Both the position numbers and the translations under genes were made by a program. From contig JBGAML010000001.1 in the NCBI GenBank assembly GCA_044223005.1, positions 416,001 to 480,000 on the forward strand: a stretch of 64,000 nt of DNA, written 5' to 3'. The first letter of the stretch is position 1. The number at the start of each line of letters is the position of its first letter. The notes under the pieces are model-generated. The model made no database searches. It saw only the letters and a program-made list of their open reading frames with translations, and was not told the origin of the DNA. This DNA comes from Candidatus Eiseniibacteriota bacterium. Its GTDB lineage: Bacteria > Eisenbacteria > RBG-16-71-46. Positions 16,318-25,016 of the stretch are shown here, piece by piece.

Positions 16318-19029
16318 TCAGCGGCCGGCGAGCAGGGGCGTGACGGCGGCCGGCAGGCCGGGCGGCAGCAGGCCCCAGTCCCGGCAGCGGTCCCACGCCG
16401 CACGCAGCGCGGCACGGTCGACCGTCCCGCCCGCCCTCGCCTCGGCGACCCACAGGCCGCAGTGCGCGGCGGCGCGTTCGGGATGCTCGGGAACGTACGT
16501 CGTGTCGGCGAGCGCCACCGCTTCGGCAAGGAGGGCGCGCGCGTCCTCGACGGACCCGCCGGCGGCGAGTTCGGCGCTGCCGACCTCGAGCAGCGCGTCG
16601 ACCCGGGGACGTGGGCCCCGTGCACCCGCGCGGACGCGCGCGAGATCGGGCAGCAGTGCCGCCACGGTCTCCTGGCGATGACCGGGAGTCGAGCGCAAGG
16701 CCGCCAGCCGCATGCGCAGCACGATCACCTCGGGCGGCGTGCCGCCCGGGGACGCCGCCGCGCGACGCTCGACGCTGGCCCAGTGCTCGGCGGCCTCGCG
16801 CTCGCGGCCCGCGCGCGCGAGCGCGAGGGTCAGCCAGCGTTCGATGTTGCGAGCCGCGTGGCCCTCGGGGCCGATCACGTGGTTCATGATGTCGAGTGCC
16901 GAGAGCAACGAATCCGCGGCCTCGGAGTGCCGGCCCCCGTGCACGAGCGCATACCCGATGCCGGTGAGGTTCCCGGCCACTCCCGTCGTGCGCGGCCCCA
17001 TCACGCGACGGCGGACCGGCAGAATCGCCTTCTCGTCGCGCAGTGCGTCCGCGTACCGCCCGAGGCCGATCCAGGACATGGCGATGTCGTGCCGCGTCTG
17101 CAGCACGTCGGGATGCTCCGGCGGCTCGAGCCGGAGCAGGATCGCGAGGGCGCGCTCGTGGAATCCGACCGCGCGCTCGGGCTTGCCGCGGTCGGCCCAC
17201 CACGAACCGAGATCGTTGAGCACCAGTGCTTCGGCGCGCGAGCCCGCCGGCGAGAGCCGCCGGTAGATCGCCAGGCTCTGCTCGAGCATCTGGCGCTTCT
17301 CGGCCGGTGTGCCGTAGAGGTTGGCGGCGCTGGGCAGGATCGCCGCGAGCCGGTCGTCGTTCGGGCCCCAGACCGCGCGCGCGTCCGCCACAACGGCGCG
17401 CATCGCCGACTCCGCAGCCGGCGCGCCCTCGAGCCGCGAGATGACGACCGCGAGGTCGCGCCGCGGGATGAGTTCGAGGTCGGGGTCGTGCGCGCGCCGC
17501 GCGGCGGCGATGGCGCGTTCGAGCGCCGTGCGCTGCGCGCGCAGCTCGCTGCGCGAGGCGTGGATCGCCGCGAGCGCGCCCCAGAGCCGCGACTGCACTT
17601 CGGGCTGGTCGTCGATCGCCTCGATTTTGGGCTCCGCGAGCCGCAGCACGTCGGACATGCGCAGCGTGTCGCCCCCGGGCACGCGCTTGGGGTCGGGCGT
17701 CTGGAAGAGGTCCACGAGCACGTCGAGCGTGCGCGCGGACTTGGCCTCCTCGGCGAGCGCGCGATCGCGTTCCTCGGCGATGCGCCGGGCCTGGAACGTG
17801 GCCACGATCCCGAACGCGAGGAGCGAGAGCCCGAGCAGGGACGCCGCCACCACGCCCGCGCGATGCCGGCGGACGTACTTGCGCATGCGGACGCCGACCG
17901 ACTCCGGGCGCGCGCGCACCGGCAGGTCGCCGAGCCAGCGCCGCACGTCCTCACCCAGCTGCTCGGCGGACGGATAGCGGCGCTCGGGCTCCTTGCGCAG
18001 CGCCATCATGACGATCGCGTCGAGATCGCCGCGCAGGGCGCCCGGCGCCACCGCGCGCGCATCCGGTTCGCCCGCGGCGGCGCGCGCGGCGAGCGCGGAA
18101 CTCGGCGGCGCGGGCTCCGTCTCGAGCACGCGCCGCTCGGTCTCCGTGCGGGTTCCGCCGGCGCCGCGAAACGGGCGCGCCCCCGAGAGCAGTTCGTAGA
18201 GCAGCACGCCCAGTCCCCACACGTCCGTGGCCGCGGTCACGGGCTCGCCGCGCAGTTGTTCGGGCGCCGCGTACTCGGGCGTGAGCAGCCGGTCGTCCGC
18301 CTGTGTCAGCGCCGCGTCGGTCTCGTCGTGCGCGAGCAGCTTGGCGATCCCGAAATCGAGCAGCACCGGCCGGCCGTCGGCGGTGACGAGGATGTTGGCC
18401 GGCTTGAGGTCGCGGTGCACGACGAGGTTCGCGTGCGCGAAGCGCACCGCGTCGCACACCGGCAGGAACAGCTCGAGCCGCTGCCGCAGCGACAGCCCGC
18501 GGCCACGGCACCACGCGGCGATCGGCTCGCCCTCGACGTACTCCATCGCCAGGTAGGGCTCGCCCGATTCGGTCGTGCCACCGTCCAGCAGGCGCGCGAT
18601 GTTCGGGTGCACGAGCCGCGCGAGCAGCTGGCGCTCGCGACGGAAGCGCGCGAGCAGCTCCGCGGGCCGCCAGCCCGCGCGCACCAGCTTCACCGCGGCG
18701 AGCTGGTGGTACTCGCCCTCGGCCCGCTCGGCGAGCCACACGTCGCCCATGCCGCCTTCGCCGAGCCGGCGCACCAGCCGCCACGGCCCCGCGCGCATGC
18801 CCGCGCCGGCTTCGCTCCCCGCGGTGTCGCCGCCGAGCAGCGAGCGCTCGATCGCGAGGCCCGTGCCGGACTCGTGCGCCGCGAGCAGCTGCTCGACCTC
18901 CGCGCGCAGCTCGGCGCTCCCCGCGCACTCGCGCTCGAGCAGCGCGGCACGTTCGGCCGGCGGCCGTTCGAGCGCGGCGAAGAAGACGTCCTCGAGCCGT
19001 CTCCAGGTGTCGGGATCCATGGGACTCAC
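16318..19029 (-). CDS. Membrane Hanks-type Ser/Thr kinase with C-terminal TPR repeats (alternative ATG at 19020)
   Basis: LGEGGMGDV, AVKL, HPNIARLLDGG, HRDLKPANIL, DFGIAK, TPEYAAPEQ, DVWGLG; one TM helix; TPR-like repeats (HPDVLQTRHDIA). Confidence 0.95.
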   Translation of the reverse strand: MSPMDPDTWRRLEDVFFAALERPPAERAALLERECAGSAELRAEVEQLLAAHESGTGLAIERSLLGGDTAGSEAGAGMRAGPWRLVRRLGEGGMGDVWLAERAEGEYHQLAAVKLVRAGWRPAELLARFRRERQLLARLVHPNIARLLDGGTTESGEPYLAMEYVEGEPIAAWCRGRGLSLRQRLELFLPVCDAVRFAHANLVVHRDLKPANILVTADGRPVLLDFGIAKLLAHDETDAALTQADDRLLTPEYAAPEQLRGEPVTAATDVWGLGVLLYELLSGARPFRGAGGTRTETERRVLETEPAPPSSALAARAAAGEPDARAVAPGALRGDLDAIVMMALRKEPERRYPSAEQLGEDVRRWLGDLPVRARPESVGVRMRKYVRRHRAGVVAASLLGLSLLAFGIVATFQARRIAEERDRALAEEAKSARTLDVLVDLFQTPDPKRVPGGDTLRMSDVLRLAEPKIEAIDDQPEVQSRLWGALAAIHASRSELRAQRTALERAIAAARRAHDPDLELIPRRDLAVVISRLEGAPAAESAMRAVVADARAVWGPNDDRLAAILPSAANLYGTPAEKRQMLEQSLAIYRRLSPAGSRAEALVLNDLGSWWADRGKPERAVGFHERALAILLRLEPPEHPDVLQTRHDIAMSWIGLGRYADALRDEKAILPVRRRVMGPRTTGVAGNLTGIGYALVHGGRHSEAADSLLSALDIMNHVIGPEGHAARNIERWLTLALARAGREREAAEHWASVERRAAASPGGTPPEVIVLRMRLAALRSTPGHRQETVAALLPDLARVRAGARGPRPRVDALLEVGSAELAAGGSVEDARALLAEAVALADTTYVPEHPERAAAHCGLWVAEARAGGTVDRAALRAAWDRCRDWGLLPPGLPAAVTPLLAGR

Positions 19030-19037
19030 GCCCTCTC

Positions 19038-19068
19038 TGGCGACGATTCGGGGCCGCAGCGGACGCGC
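19038..19068 (-). promoter_or_regulatory. Candidate ECF-sigma promoter, copy 1
   Basis: GCGCGTCCGCTGCGGCCCCGAATCGTCGCCA fills the gap between the ECF stop and the kinase start; 23/31 identical to 16274-16304. Confidence 0.55.
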
Positions 19069-19069
19069 G

Positions 19070-19654
19070 TCATTCGGGCAGCGTCAGTTCGCGCGCCACC
19101 TCGCGGCGCAGCCAGGCGCGCGCGAGGATCCAGTCGCGCTGCACCGTCTTTTCGGAGACCCCGAGCACGCCGGCGATCTCCTCGACCGAGAGCCCCGAGA
19201 AGAACCGGTGCTCGACCACGATCGCCGCCCGCGGCTCCACCTGCGCGAGGCGCGCGAGCGCGTCCTCGAGCGCGAGCACTTCGTCGGCTTCGGCGTCGCT
19301 GAGGAACGCGTCCTCCGGCACGTCGTCGAGCGGCAGCGCCGTCACGCCCGCGCCACGCTTGGCGCGCTTGCGCCCGCGGGCGTAGTCGACGAGCACCCGG
19401 CGCATCGTGTTCGACGCCGCGGCGAGGAACGCGGCACGGCTGCCGGCCGGCAGGTGGTGCTGCGCGGCCAGGCGCAGGAACGCCTCGTGCACGAGCGCGG
19501 TCGCGCCGAGCGTGTGGCCGTCGCGCTCGTGGCGGAGCCGCTGCCGGGCGAGCTGCCGCAGCTCGTCGTAGAGCAGCCGCACGACGCGCTCGAGCGCGGC
19601 GTCGTCGCCGTCCTGCAGCCGGCGCAGCCAGGCGGTGGGGTCGTCGGGGGCCAT
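19070..19654 (-). CDS. ECF sigma factor, kinase-associated type (ECF43/TIGR02999-like)
   Basis: LYDELRQLA...HTLGATALVHEAFLRL...MRRVLVDYAR...AKRG; region 4 RFFSGLSVEEIA...VQRDWILARAWL. Confidence 0.93.
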   Translation of the reverse strand: MAPDDPTAWLRRLQDGDDAALERVVRLLYDELRQLARQRLRHERDGHTLGATALVHEAFLRLAAQHHLPAGSRAAFLAAASNTMRRVLVDYARGRKRAKRGAGVTALPLDDVPEDAFLSDAEADEVLALEDALARLAQVEPRAAIVVEHRFFSGLSVEEIAGVLGVSEKTVQRDWILARAWLRREVARELTLPE

Positions 19655-19767
19655 GACATCATGCTACCGATTGCACCGCCCCGGAGGGGAGCGCATCCGA
19701 AGGAAAAGCGGCCCCGGAGGCCGGGACCGTTGCGGATCACGAACCGCAGCCGCTACCCTCCGCCCCC

Positions 19768-20313
19768 ATGAAGATCTACACGCGGACGGGCGACGACGGC
19801 ACCACGGGCCTGCTGGGCGCGGCCCGCGTCCCCAAGCACGACGCCCGGGTCGAGGCCTACGGCACCGTCGACGAGCTGAACGCCGCGCTGGGCGTGGCCG
19901 CGTCACTGGACGCCCAGGGCTGGTTCGCCGGCGAGTTCGCGGCCATTTCGCCCGCCCTGTTCCAGGTCGGGGCCGAGCTCGCGACCACCGACGCGACCCT
20001 GCTGGAGAAACTCGCGCGGGTGGCCGATGACGACGTCACGGCCTTGGAGCACGGCATCGACCGGCTGGACGCCGAGCTGCCGCCGCTCACGCGCTTCGTC
20101 CTTCCCGCGGGCTCACCGCTCGCCGCGCAGCTGCACTTCGCGCGCACGGTGTGCCGGCGCGCGGAACGGCGCGTCACCGCGCTCGCCGCGGATCATGCGG
20201 CGTCGCCACTCGTCGTGAAGTACCTGAACCGACTCGCCGACCTGTTGTTCGTCATGGCGCGCGCCGCGAACCGGCGCGCCGGAGTCGCCGAAGTGACCTG
20301 GCCCGGGCGCTGA
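19768..20313 (+). CDS. PduO-type ATP:cob(I)alamin adenosyltransferase
   Basis: MKIYTRTGDDGTT, AYGTVDELN, FVLP, RTVCRRAER, YLNRLADLLF. Confidence 0.95.
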   Translation: MKIYTRTGDDGTTGLLGAARVPKHDARVEAYGTVDELNAALGVAASLDAQGWFAGEFAAISPALFQVGAELATTDATLLEKLARVADDDVTALEHGIDRLDAELPPLTRFVLPAGSPLAAQLHFARTVCRRAERRVTALAADHAASPLVVKYLNRLADLLFVMARAANRRAGVAEVTWPGR

Positions 20314-20384
20314 CGCCCGGAGCGCGCTCCGATCGGGGCGCGAACGAAGTGTTTCCGGCCCGGATCCCGGGTTCGCTTCGGCCC

Positions 20385-20414
20385 TTTACATCGATCCCGT
20401 GACGTGGGCATAAT
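20385..20414 (+). promoter_or_regulatory. Putative sigma70 promoter of rho (TTTACA-N18-CATAAT)
   Basis: Near-consensus hexamers in an otherwise GC-rich intergenic region, about 275 nt upstream of rho. Confidence 0.55.
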
Positions 20415-20690
20415 CCTCGTCGCACTGCGCTTCACGGAGGGAAGCTCGACGCATCGGAGATCGCGAGCGATCGCACCCGATGCCTCCTCCCGCGGTCCCC
20501 GACTCGCCCTCGCCCTGCCCGCCGATGTGGCGCCGGCACGGCGGATGTCCGGCTGAAGAACGGGGACGGTACCCGCGGGCCCGGCAGTCGTCCCGCGCAG
20601 CGAGCACACGTCACGCGAAGAGCCTGATGCTGCTGCGCCAGTTCAACCCCCGGAGCACCGTTCCCAGGGTGCGCGCCGGAAGGAACACCG

Positions 20691-22007
20691 ATGAGACCTC
20701 GCCGTCGCCGTCCGCCGCGCGGCCCGCGCCCGACCGAAACGGGTGCTGCCCCCGAGATGCAGTCCGAAGGAGCCCCCATGGAGTACGAATCGTCGCCCGG
20801 CGAGGGCGGGGATCAGGCCGCCGGAGGCGGTGAAGGAATGAACGAGATGAACGATGGTGGTGGAGCGCCGTCGCCCGGAGGAATGGGCGGCGGGCAGGGC
20901 ATGATGGGCGACGGTCGCCGCAGGCGCCGGCGCCGCGGCCGCGGACCGCGCCCGCAGCAGCAGGGCGGACCGCAGCAGCAGCAACAGCAGCCGATGCAGG
21001 GCGGCTACGGCCAGCAGAACATGAACGGCCGGCGGGGACGCCGCCGGCGCTCGAACGGCGGCGGTGGCGGTGGCGGCGGACGGCCGCAGCGCCGCGGCGG
21101 CCTCGAGATCCTCAAGGACATGCAGCAGCGGGGCGCGGCGCTCGATCCGACCGAGCGGCTGATCCTCGAGCTGCCGCCGGGACAGGGCAACCCGCCCTAC
21201 GGCGACCGCGTCACCGGGCGCGCGATCGACCTGATCGCCCCCATCGGCCGTGGCCAGCGCTGCCTGATCGTGTCGCCGCCCAAGGCCGGCAAGACGCGCA
21301 TCCTGCAGGCGATCGCCGCCTCGGTCGCGCACAACCATCCCGACGTGGCGATCTACGCGCTGCTCGTGGACGAGCGCCCCGAGGAAGTCACCGACTTCCG
21401 GCGCAACACGCCCGCAGAGGTCATCGCCGCGTCGAGCGACATGTCGATCGGCGAGCACATCGAGACCGCCGAGCGCGCGATGGAGACCGTGGCCCAGCAG
21501 GTGATCGAGGGCAAGGACGTGCTGCTCCTGCTCGATTCGATCACGCGCCTCTCGCGGGCGTACAACGCCGCGTCGGGCAACGGCGGCCGCACGATGTCGG
21601 GCGGCCTCGACTCCAACGCGATGCAGGCGCCGCGGCAGATCTTCGGCGCTGCGCGCAAGATCGAGGACGGCGGCTCGCTGACGATCATCGGCACCGCGCT
21701 CGTCGACACCGGCTCGCGCATGGACCAGGTGATCTTCGAGGAGTTCAAGGGCACCGGCAACAGCGAGATCGTGCTGTCGCGCGAACTCGCCGAACGCCGC
21801 ATCTACCCCGCGATCGACATCGCCAAGAGCGGCACGCGCAAGGAGGAGAAGCTGATCGATCCGTCGCTGATCGGCACCTTCCAGGCGCTGCGCCGCATCC
21901 TCGTGCAGATGCCGCCGCAGGAAGCCATGCTCAAGCTGGTCGACCGCCTCGGCCGCACCAAGACCAACGAGGAGTTCTTCCAGCTCGTGCGCGTCGGCGA
22001 GAGCTAG
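20691..22007 (+). CDS. rho: Transcription termination factor Rho (ATPase intact; OB-fold RNA-binding domain apparently replaced by a disordered R/G/Q-rich region)
   Basis: PIGRGQR, PPKAGKT, DERPEEVTD, LLDSITRL, SGGLD, EEFKGTGN, SGTRKEE are present. No GFGFLR or DIYVS motif. Confidence 0.9.
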   Translation: MRPRRRRPPRGPRPTETGAAPEMQSEGAPMEYESSPGEGGDQAAGGGEGMNEMNDGGGAPSPGGMGGGQGMMGDGRRRRRRRGRGPRPQQQGGPQQQQQQPMQGGYGQQNMNGRRGRRRRSNGGGGGGGGRPQRRGGLEILKDMQQRGAALDPTERLILELPPGQGNPPYGDRVTGRAIDLIAPIGRGQRCLIVSPPKAGKTRILQAIAASVAHNHPDVAIYALLVDERPEEVTDFRRNTPAEVIAASSDMSIGEHIETAERAMETVAQQVIEGKDVLLLLDSITRLSRAYNAASGNGGRTMSGGLDSNAMQAPRQIFGAARKIEDGGSLTIIGTALVDTGSRMDQVIFEEFKGTGNSEIVLSRELAERRIYPAIDIAKSGTRKEEKLIDPSLIGTFQALRRILVQMPPQEAMLKLVDRLGRTKTNEEFFQLVRVGES

Positions 22008-22032
22008 GCGCCGCGCGCAGGACGCGACACGT

Positions 22033-22080
22033 CGACGCCGCCCCGGAGCGATCCGGGGCGGCGTCGTGCGTTCGTGCGTT
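22033..22080 (+). terminator. Hairpin terminator after rho
   Basis: Perfect 15-bp stem CGACGCCGCCCCGGA/TCCGGGGCGGCGTCG with GCGA loop, followed by TGCGTTCGTGCGTT. Confidence 0.7.
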
Positions 22081-22301
22081 CGGGGTGCGCGGGTGCCGGC
22101 GGGCCTCGCCCCGTCCACGCCGGCGTCGGGGCGCCAACGGCGTGCGGGGCCACCCGTGCCGATCGCGCATGGGACCACTTCGCTTGGCGCGTGGCATCGC
22201 GCGTGCAGCGTTCGCGTGCACCGGCGACGCGCGGCCTCGCCCCGTGCGCCGTGCCGGCACCGCCCCCGGATCCTTCCACCCCGCTCCGGGAGACCGGTTC
22301 C

Positions 22302-22982
22302 ATGTCCACCTCGCAGCTCGTTTTCCTGGCGGCGTTCGTCGCCGCGATGCTCTCACTCATGGCGTGGCTCGCCGGCGCGACGCCGCGCGCGGTCGTGCTC
22401 GCTCCCGAGCCGCCCGATCCCGCCAACGTCCTCGTCGCGGGCCCGCATCCCGTGCCGCACGAACTCGTCGACCAGGCGCTGCGCATGCCGGCGGTGCAGG
22501 CCGGCATGCGGCAGATGGAGCTCGCGGGCTTCGTGCGCGCGCCCGAGCTCGACGGCGAGTGCGTGACCGCCGGCCGCCCCGGCGCGGCGATCACGTACCG
22601 CGACCCGGCGCACCCGGCCTACACGCCCGCGGTCGTCGTCGTGAGCGAGACGGCGTCCCCGGAGGCGCGCACGTGGGTCGGCGGTGCGGTTTTCGCGGCC
22701 GACCCGGTCACGAACCAGCTGACGATCGTGAGCGGCGTCCTCCCGGGCGACGCGTTCACGATCGACATCGGCGACATGGCCTCGACGCGCCCCGGCAACT
22801 ACGTCGTCGCGTCGGACTTTCGCGACGGGTTCATGAAGTGGCTCAAGTGCAGCGGCGAGGCCTGCGCCGCCTCGTTGGCAGCGTGCAGCATCGTGGGCGC
22901 CCTCACCGGCCCGGGAGTGCCCGCCGTGGTGCTCGGCTGCACGATCGCCGCGTGCGCCACCGGTGCGTGGTTGTGCCTGTAG
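22302..22982 (+). CDS. Exported protein with C-terminal six-Cys hydrophobic peptide (bacteriocin-precursor-like)
   Basis: N-terminal signal/TM segment; C-terminus KCSGEACAASLAACSIVGALTGPGVPAVVLGCTIAACATGAWLCL. Confidence 0.7.
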   Translation: MSTSQLVFLAAFVAAMLSLMAWLAGATPRAVVLAPEPPDPANVLVAGPHPVPHELVDQALRMPAVQAGMRQMELAGFVRAPELDGECVTAGRPGAAITYRDPAHPAYTPAVVVVSETASPEARTWVGGAVFAADPVTNQLTIVSGVLPGDAFTIDIGDMASTRPGNYVVASDFRDGFMKWLKCSGEACAASLAACSIVGALTGPGVPAVVLGCTIAACATGAWLCL

Positions 22983-22992
22983 CGGGGCGCCC

Positions 22993-23259
22993 GTGCACGC
23001 GACGACCGCACCTCGCGACGCCGCGAGCCTGCCCGCGCGCGCCCTCGGCGCGCTGGTGACCGCGACGCCCGCCGCGCTCTACTGGGCGTGGCGCACGCAC
23101 AGTCCCTGGGTGGCGCTGCTGACGTACGTGGTCGGCGCATCGCCCTATCTCTGGTTCCCGTACCGCGTCTCCGCCCCGATCCGCCTGGGCTTCGCCTTCC
23201 TGGTAGGCGGCACCGCGGCAGCGATCGCACTGCTCACCGGTCACGCGCCCCCGCCCTGA
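22993..23259 (+). CDS. Small hydrophobic membrane protein (~3 TM, candidate immunity protein)
   Basis: GTG 10 nt after the upstream stop; 88 aa, aromatic- and aliphatic-rich; followed by a strong hairpin. Confidence 0.55.
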   Translation: MHATTAPRDAASLPARALGALVTATPAALYWAWRTHSPWVALLTYVVGASPYLWFPYRVSAPIRLGFAFLVGGTAAAIALLTGHAPPP

Positions 23260-23261
23260 CG

Positions 23262-23308
23262 CACCGCACCGCCGCGCCGCCTCCGGGCGGCGCGGCGGTG
23301 GTGCGTGC
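23262..23308. terminator. GC-rich hairpin between convergent genes
   Basis: CACCGCCGCGCCGCC-TCCG-GGCGGCGCGGCGGTG. Confidence 0.6.
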
Positions 23309-23314
23309 GCGGCG

Positions 23315-24790
23315 TCAGAACTCGAGTTTCGGCGCCTCGTCGGCGGGCGCCGCCCCGCGCGGACGGCGTGGCCCGCGCTTCGGCGCGGCGCGCGCACGCT
23401 CGTCGAGGTACGCCGCGTAGTGCATGACCGCGGGCAGGTGCGGCGTGTCCGCCGCGGGCAGCGCCTCGGCGAAGCACGCGGGCGAAATGCGCCGCTCGCG
23501 CATGGCCTCCAGCGCCCACAGCACCTCGCGCGCCTCGTGCTGGCGTTCGAACTCCAGCCACACGAAGAGCCGCTCGGCGCGCAACCGCTGGAAGTCGAGC
23601 TCGTGCTTGAGGAGCGCGATGCGCGCCGCGACCTGCGCCGGCGAACGCTGCGCGCCCGCCTCCGTGGCGCGCGCCCGCGCCGCACCGCCCAGCGCGGCCA
23701 TGCGCAGGTGCTCCACCGACGGGAACGGAACCGGCGGCGCCTCCGGGGTCTCGCGCACCAGGTCCGGAAGCTCCTCGCCGTTCGCCGCGGCCTCGCTCAC
23801 GCGCACGGCCCGCACGCCCTCTTCGGCGAGCTCGGGCAGCCGCCACGACACGCTCGCCAGCGTCTCGCCCACGAGCCGTGCGAGCGCGCGCGCCCCCGTG
23901 CCCAGGTCGATCGCGCGCCGCGCGATCGCGTGCGCGGCCTCGGCGCCGAACTCGAGCCGCAGTCCGTGCAGCTCGAACTGCCGCCGCCAGCGATCCAGCA
24001 CCGAGCCCTCGACCCCGTCCAGGATGCGCACGAGGTCCGCCTCGCCGAGCGGGTGCAGCGTAGTGACGGTGTCGAAGCGGCCGACCAGCTCCGGAATGAA
24101 ACCGAAACGGATCAGGTCCTCGGGCGCGAGCCGCTCGAGCGCTTCGGCGTCCGGCACCGCGCGCGTCTCGCGCACGCGGGCGCGGAATCCCATGCCGCCG
24201 CGGCGGGCGCGGCGGCGGCGCACCACGTCGGGCAGGCCCGCGAACGCGCCCGAGCACAGGAACAGGATCCGCGAGGTGTCGAGCGTGAACTCGACGTCGC
24301 GGTGGCGGAAGCGCGTGCGCGTGCCGTCGAACAGCGACAGCAGCGCGTTCTGCACGCCCTGCCCCGACACGTCGCGCCCCACGTCCGGCGACAGGCGCAC
24401 CTTGTCGAACTCGTCCACGAACACGATGCCGCGATCGGCGGGCCGGTTCTCGTGCCGCGCGACCTGCATCAGCGCGTAGAGCATGGACTCCACCTGCTCG
24501 CCCACGTAGCCGGCCTCGACGAGCGAGGTCGCGGCGCAGAAGGCCACCGGCACTCCGAGGTAGGCCGCGAGCGTACGCACCATGAGCGTCTTGCCGGAGC
24601 CCGAGGGCCCGATCAGCAGGACGTGCTGCGGCCCGAAATCGTGACCGCCCGCGTCGCGCTGCGCGAGGCCGAGGTAGTGGCGGTAGACCGCGGCGGTGAG
24701 TGCGCGCTGTGCGCGCTCCTGCCCCGCCACGCGTCCGTCGAGATGGCGCATCATCTGCGCAGGTGTGGGAAGTCGGTCGAGGGCGACCAT
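23315..24790 (-). CDS. ClpX-like AAA+ ATPase paralog (no N-terminal zinc-binding domain, ~130-aa C-terminal extension)
   Basis: VAGQERA, GPSGSGKT, EAGYVGE, VFVDEFDK, RDVSGQGVQNALL, FLCSGAF, MGF loop, GFIPELVGRF, TGARAL. Confidence 0.85.
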   Translation of the reverse strand: MVALDRLPTPAQMMRHLDGRVAGQERAQRALTAAVYRHYLGLAQRDAGGHDFGPQHVLLIGPSGSGKTLMVRTLAAYLGVPVAFCAATSLVEAGYVGEQVESMLYALMQVARHENRPADRGIVFVDEFDKVRLSPDVGRDVSGQGVQNALLSLFDGTRTRFRHRDVEFTLDTSRILFLCSGAFAGLPDVVRRRRARRGGMGFRARVRETRAVPDAEALERLAPEDLIRFGFIPELVGRFDTVTTLHPLGEADLVRILDGVEGSVLDRWRRQFELHGLRLEFGAEAAHAIARRAIDLGTGARALARLVGETLASVSWRLPELAEEGVRAVRVSEAAANGEELPDLVRETPEAPPVPFPSVEHLRMAALGGAARARATEAGAQRSPAQVAARIALLKHELDFQRLRAERLFVWLEFERQHEAREVLWALEAMRERRISPACFAEALPAADTPHLPAVMHYAAYLDERARAAPKRGPRRPRGAAPADEAPKLEF

Positions 24791-25016
24791 CGTGGTCTCC
24801 TTCGGCGCACGGCCTGGCTTGTGTGGGAGGTCGCGCAGGGGGATCGCGCGTGCGTCAATTCTCGTGCAGGTCACGCGACGGGCGCCACGAAATTGCGACA
24901 CCGGCGCGCGCGCTGTGGAGAACTCCGCAGCATGCTCGCCGGTGCGTGGTTGCCCGTGTGCGAAACGCGCGGGCACGAAGATTGTTGTCTCTTGACGGCG
25001 CGGAGCGCCGCGTGCG

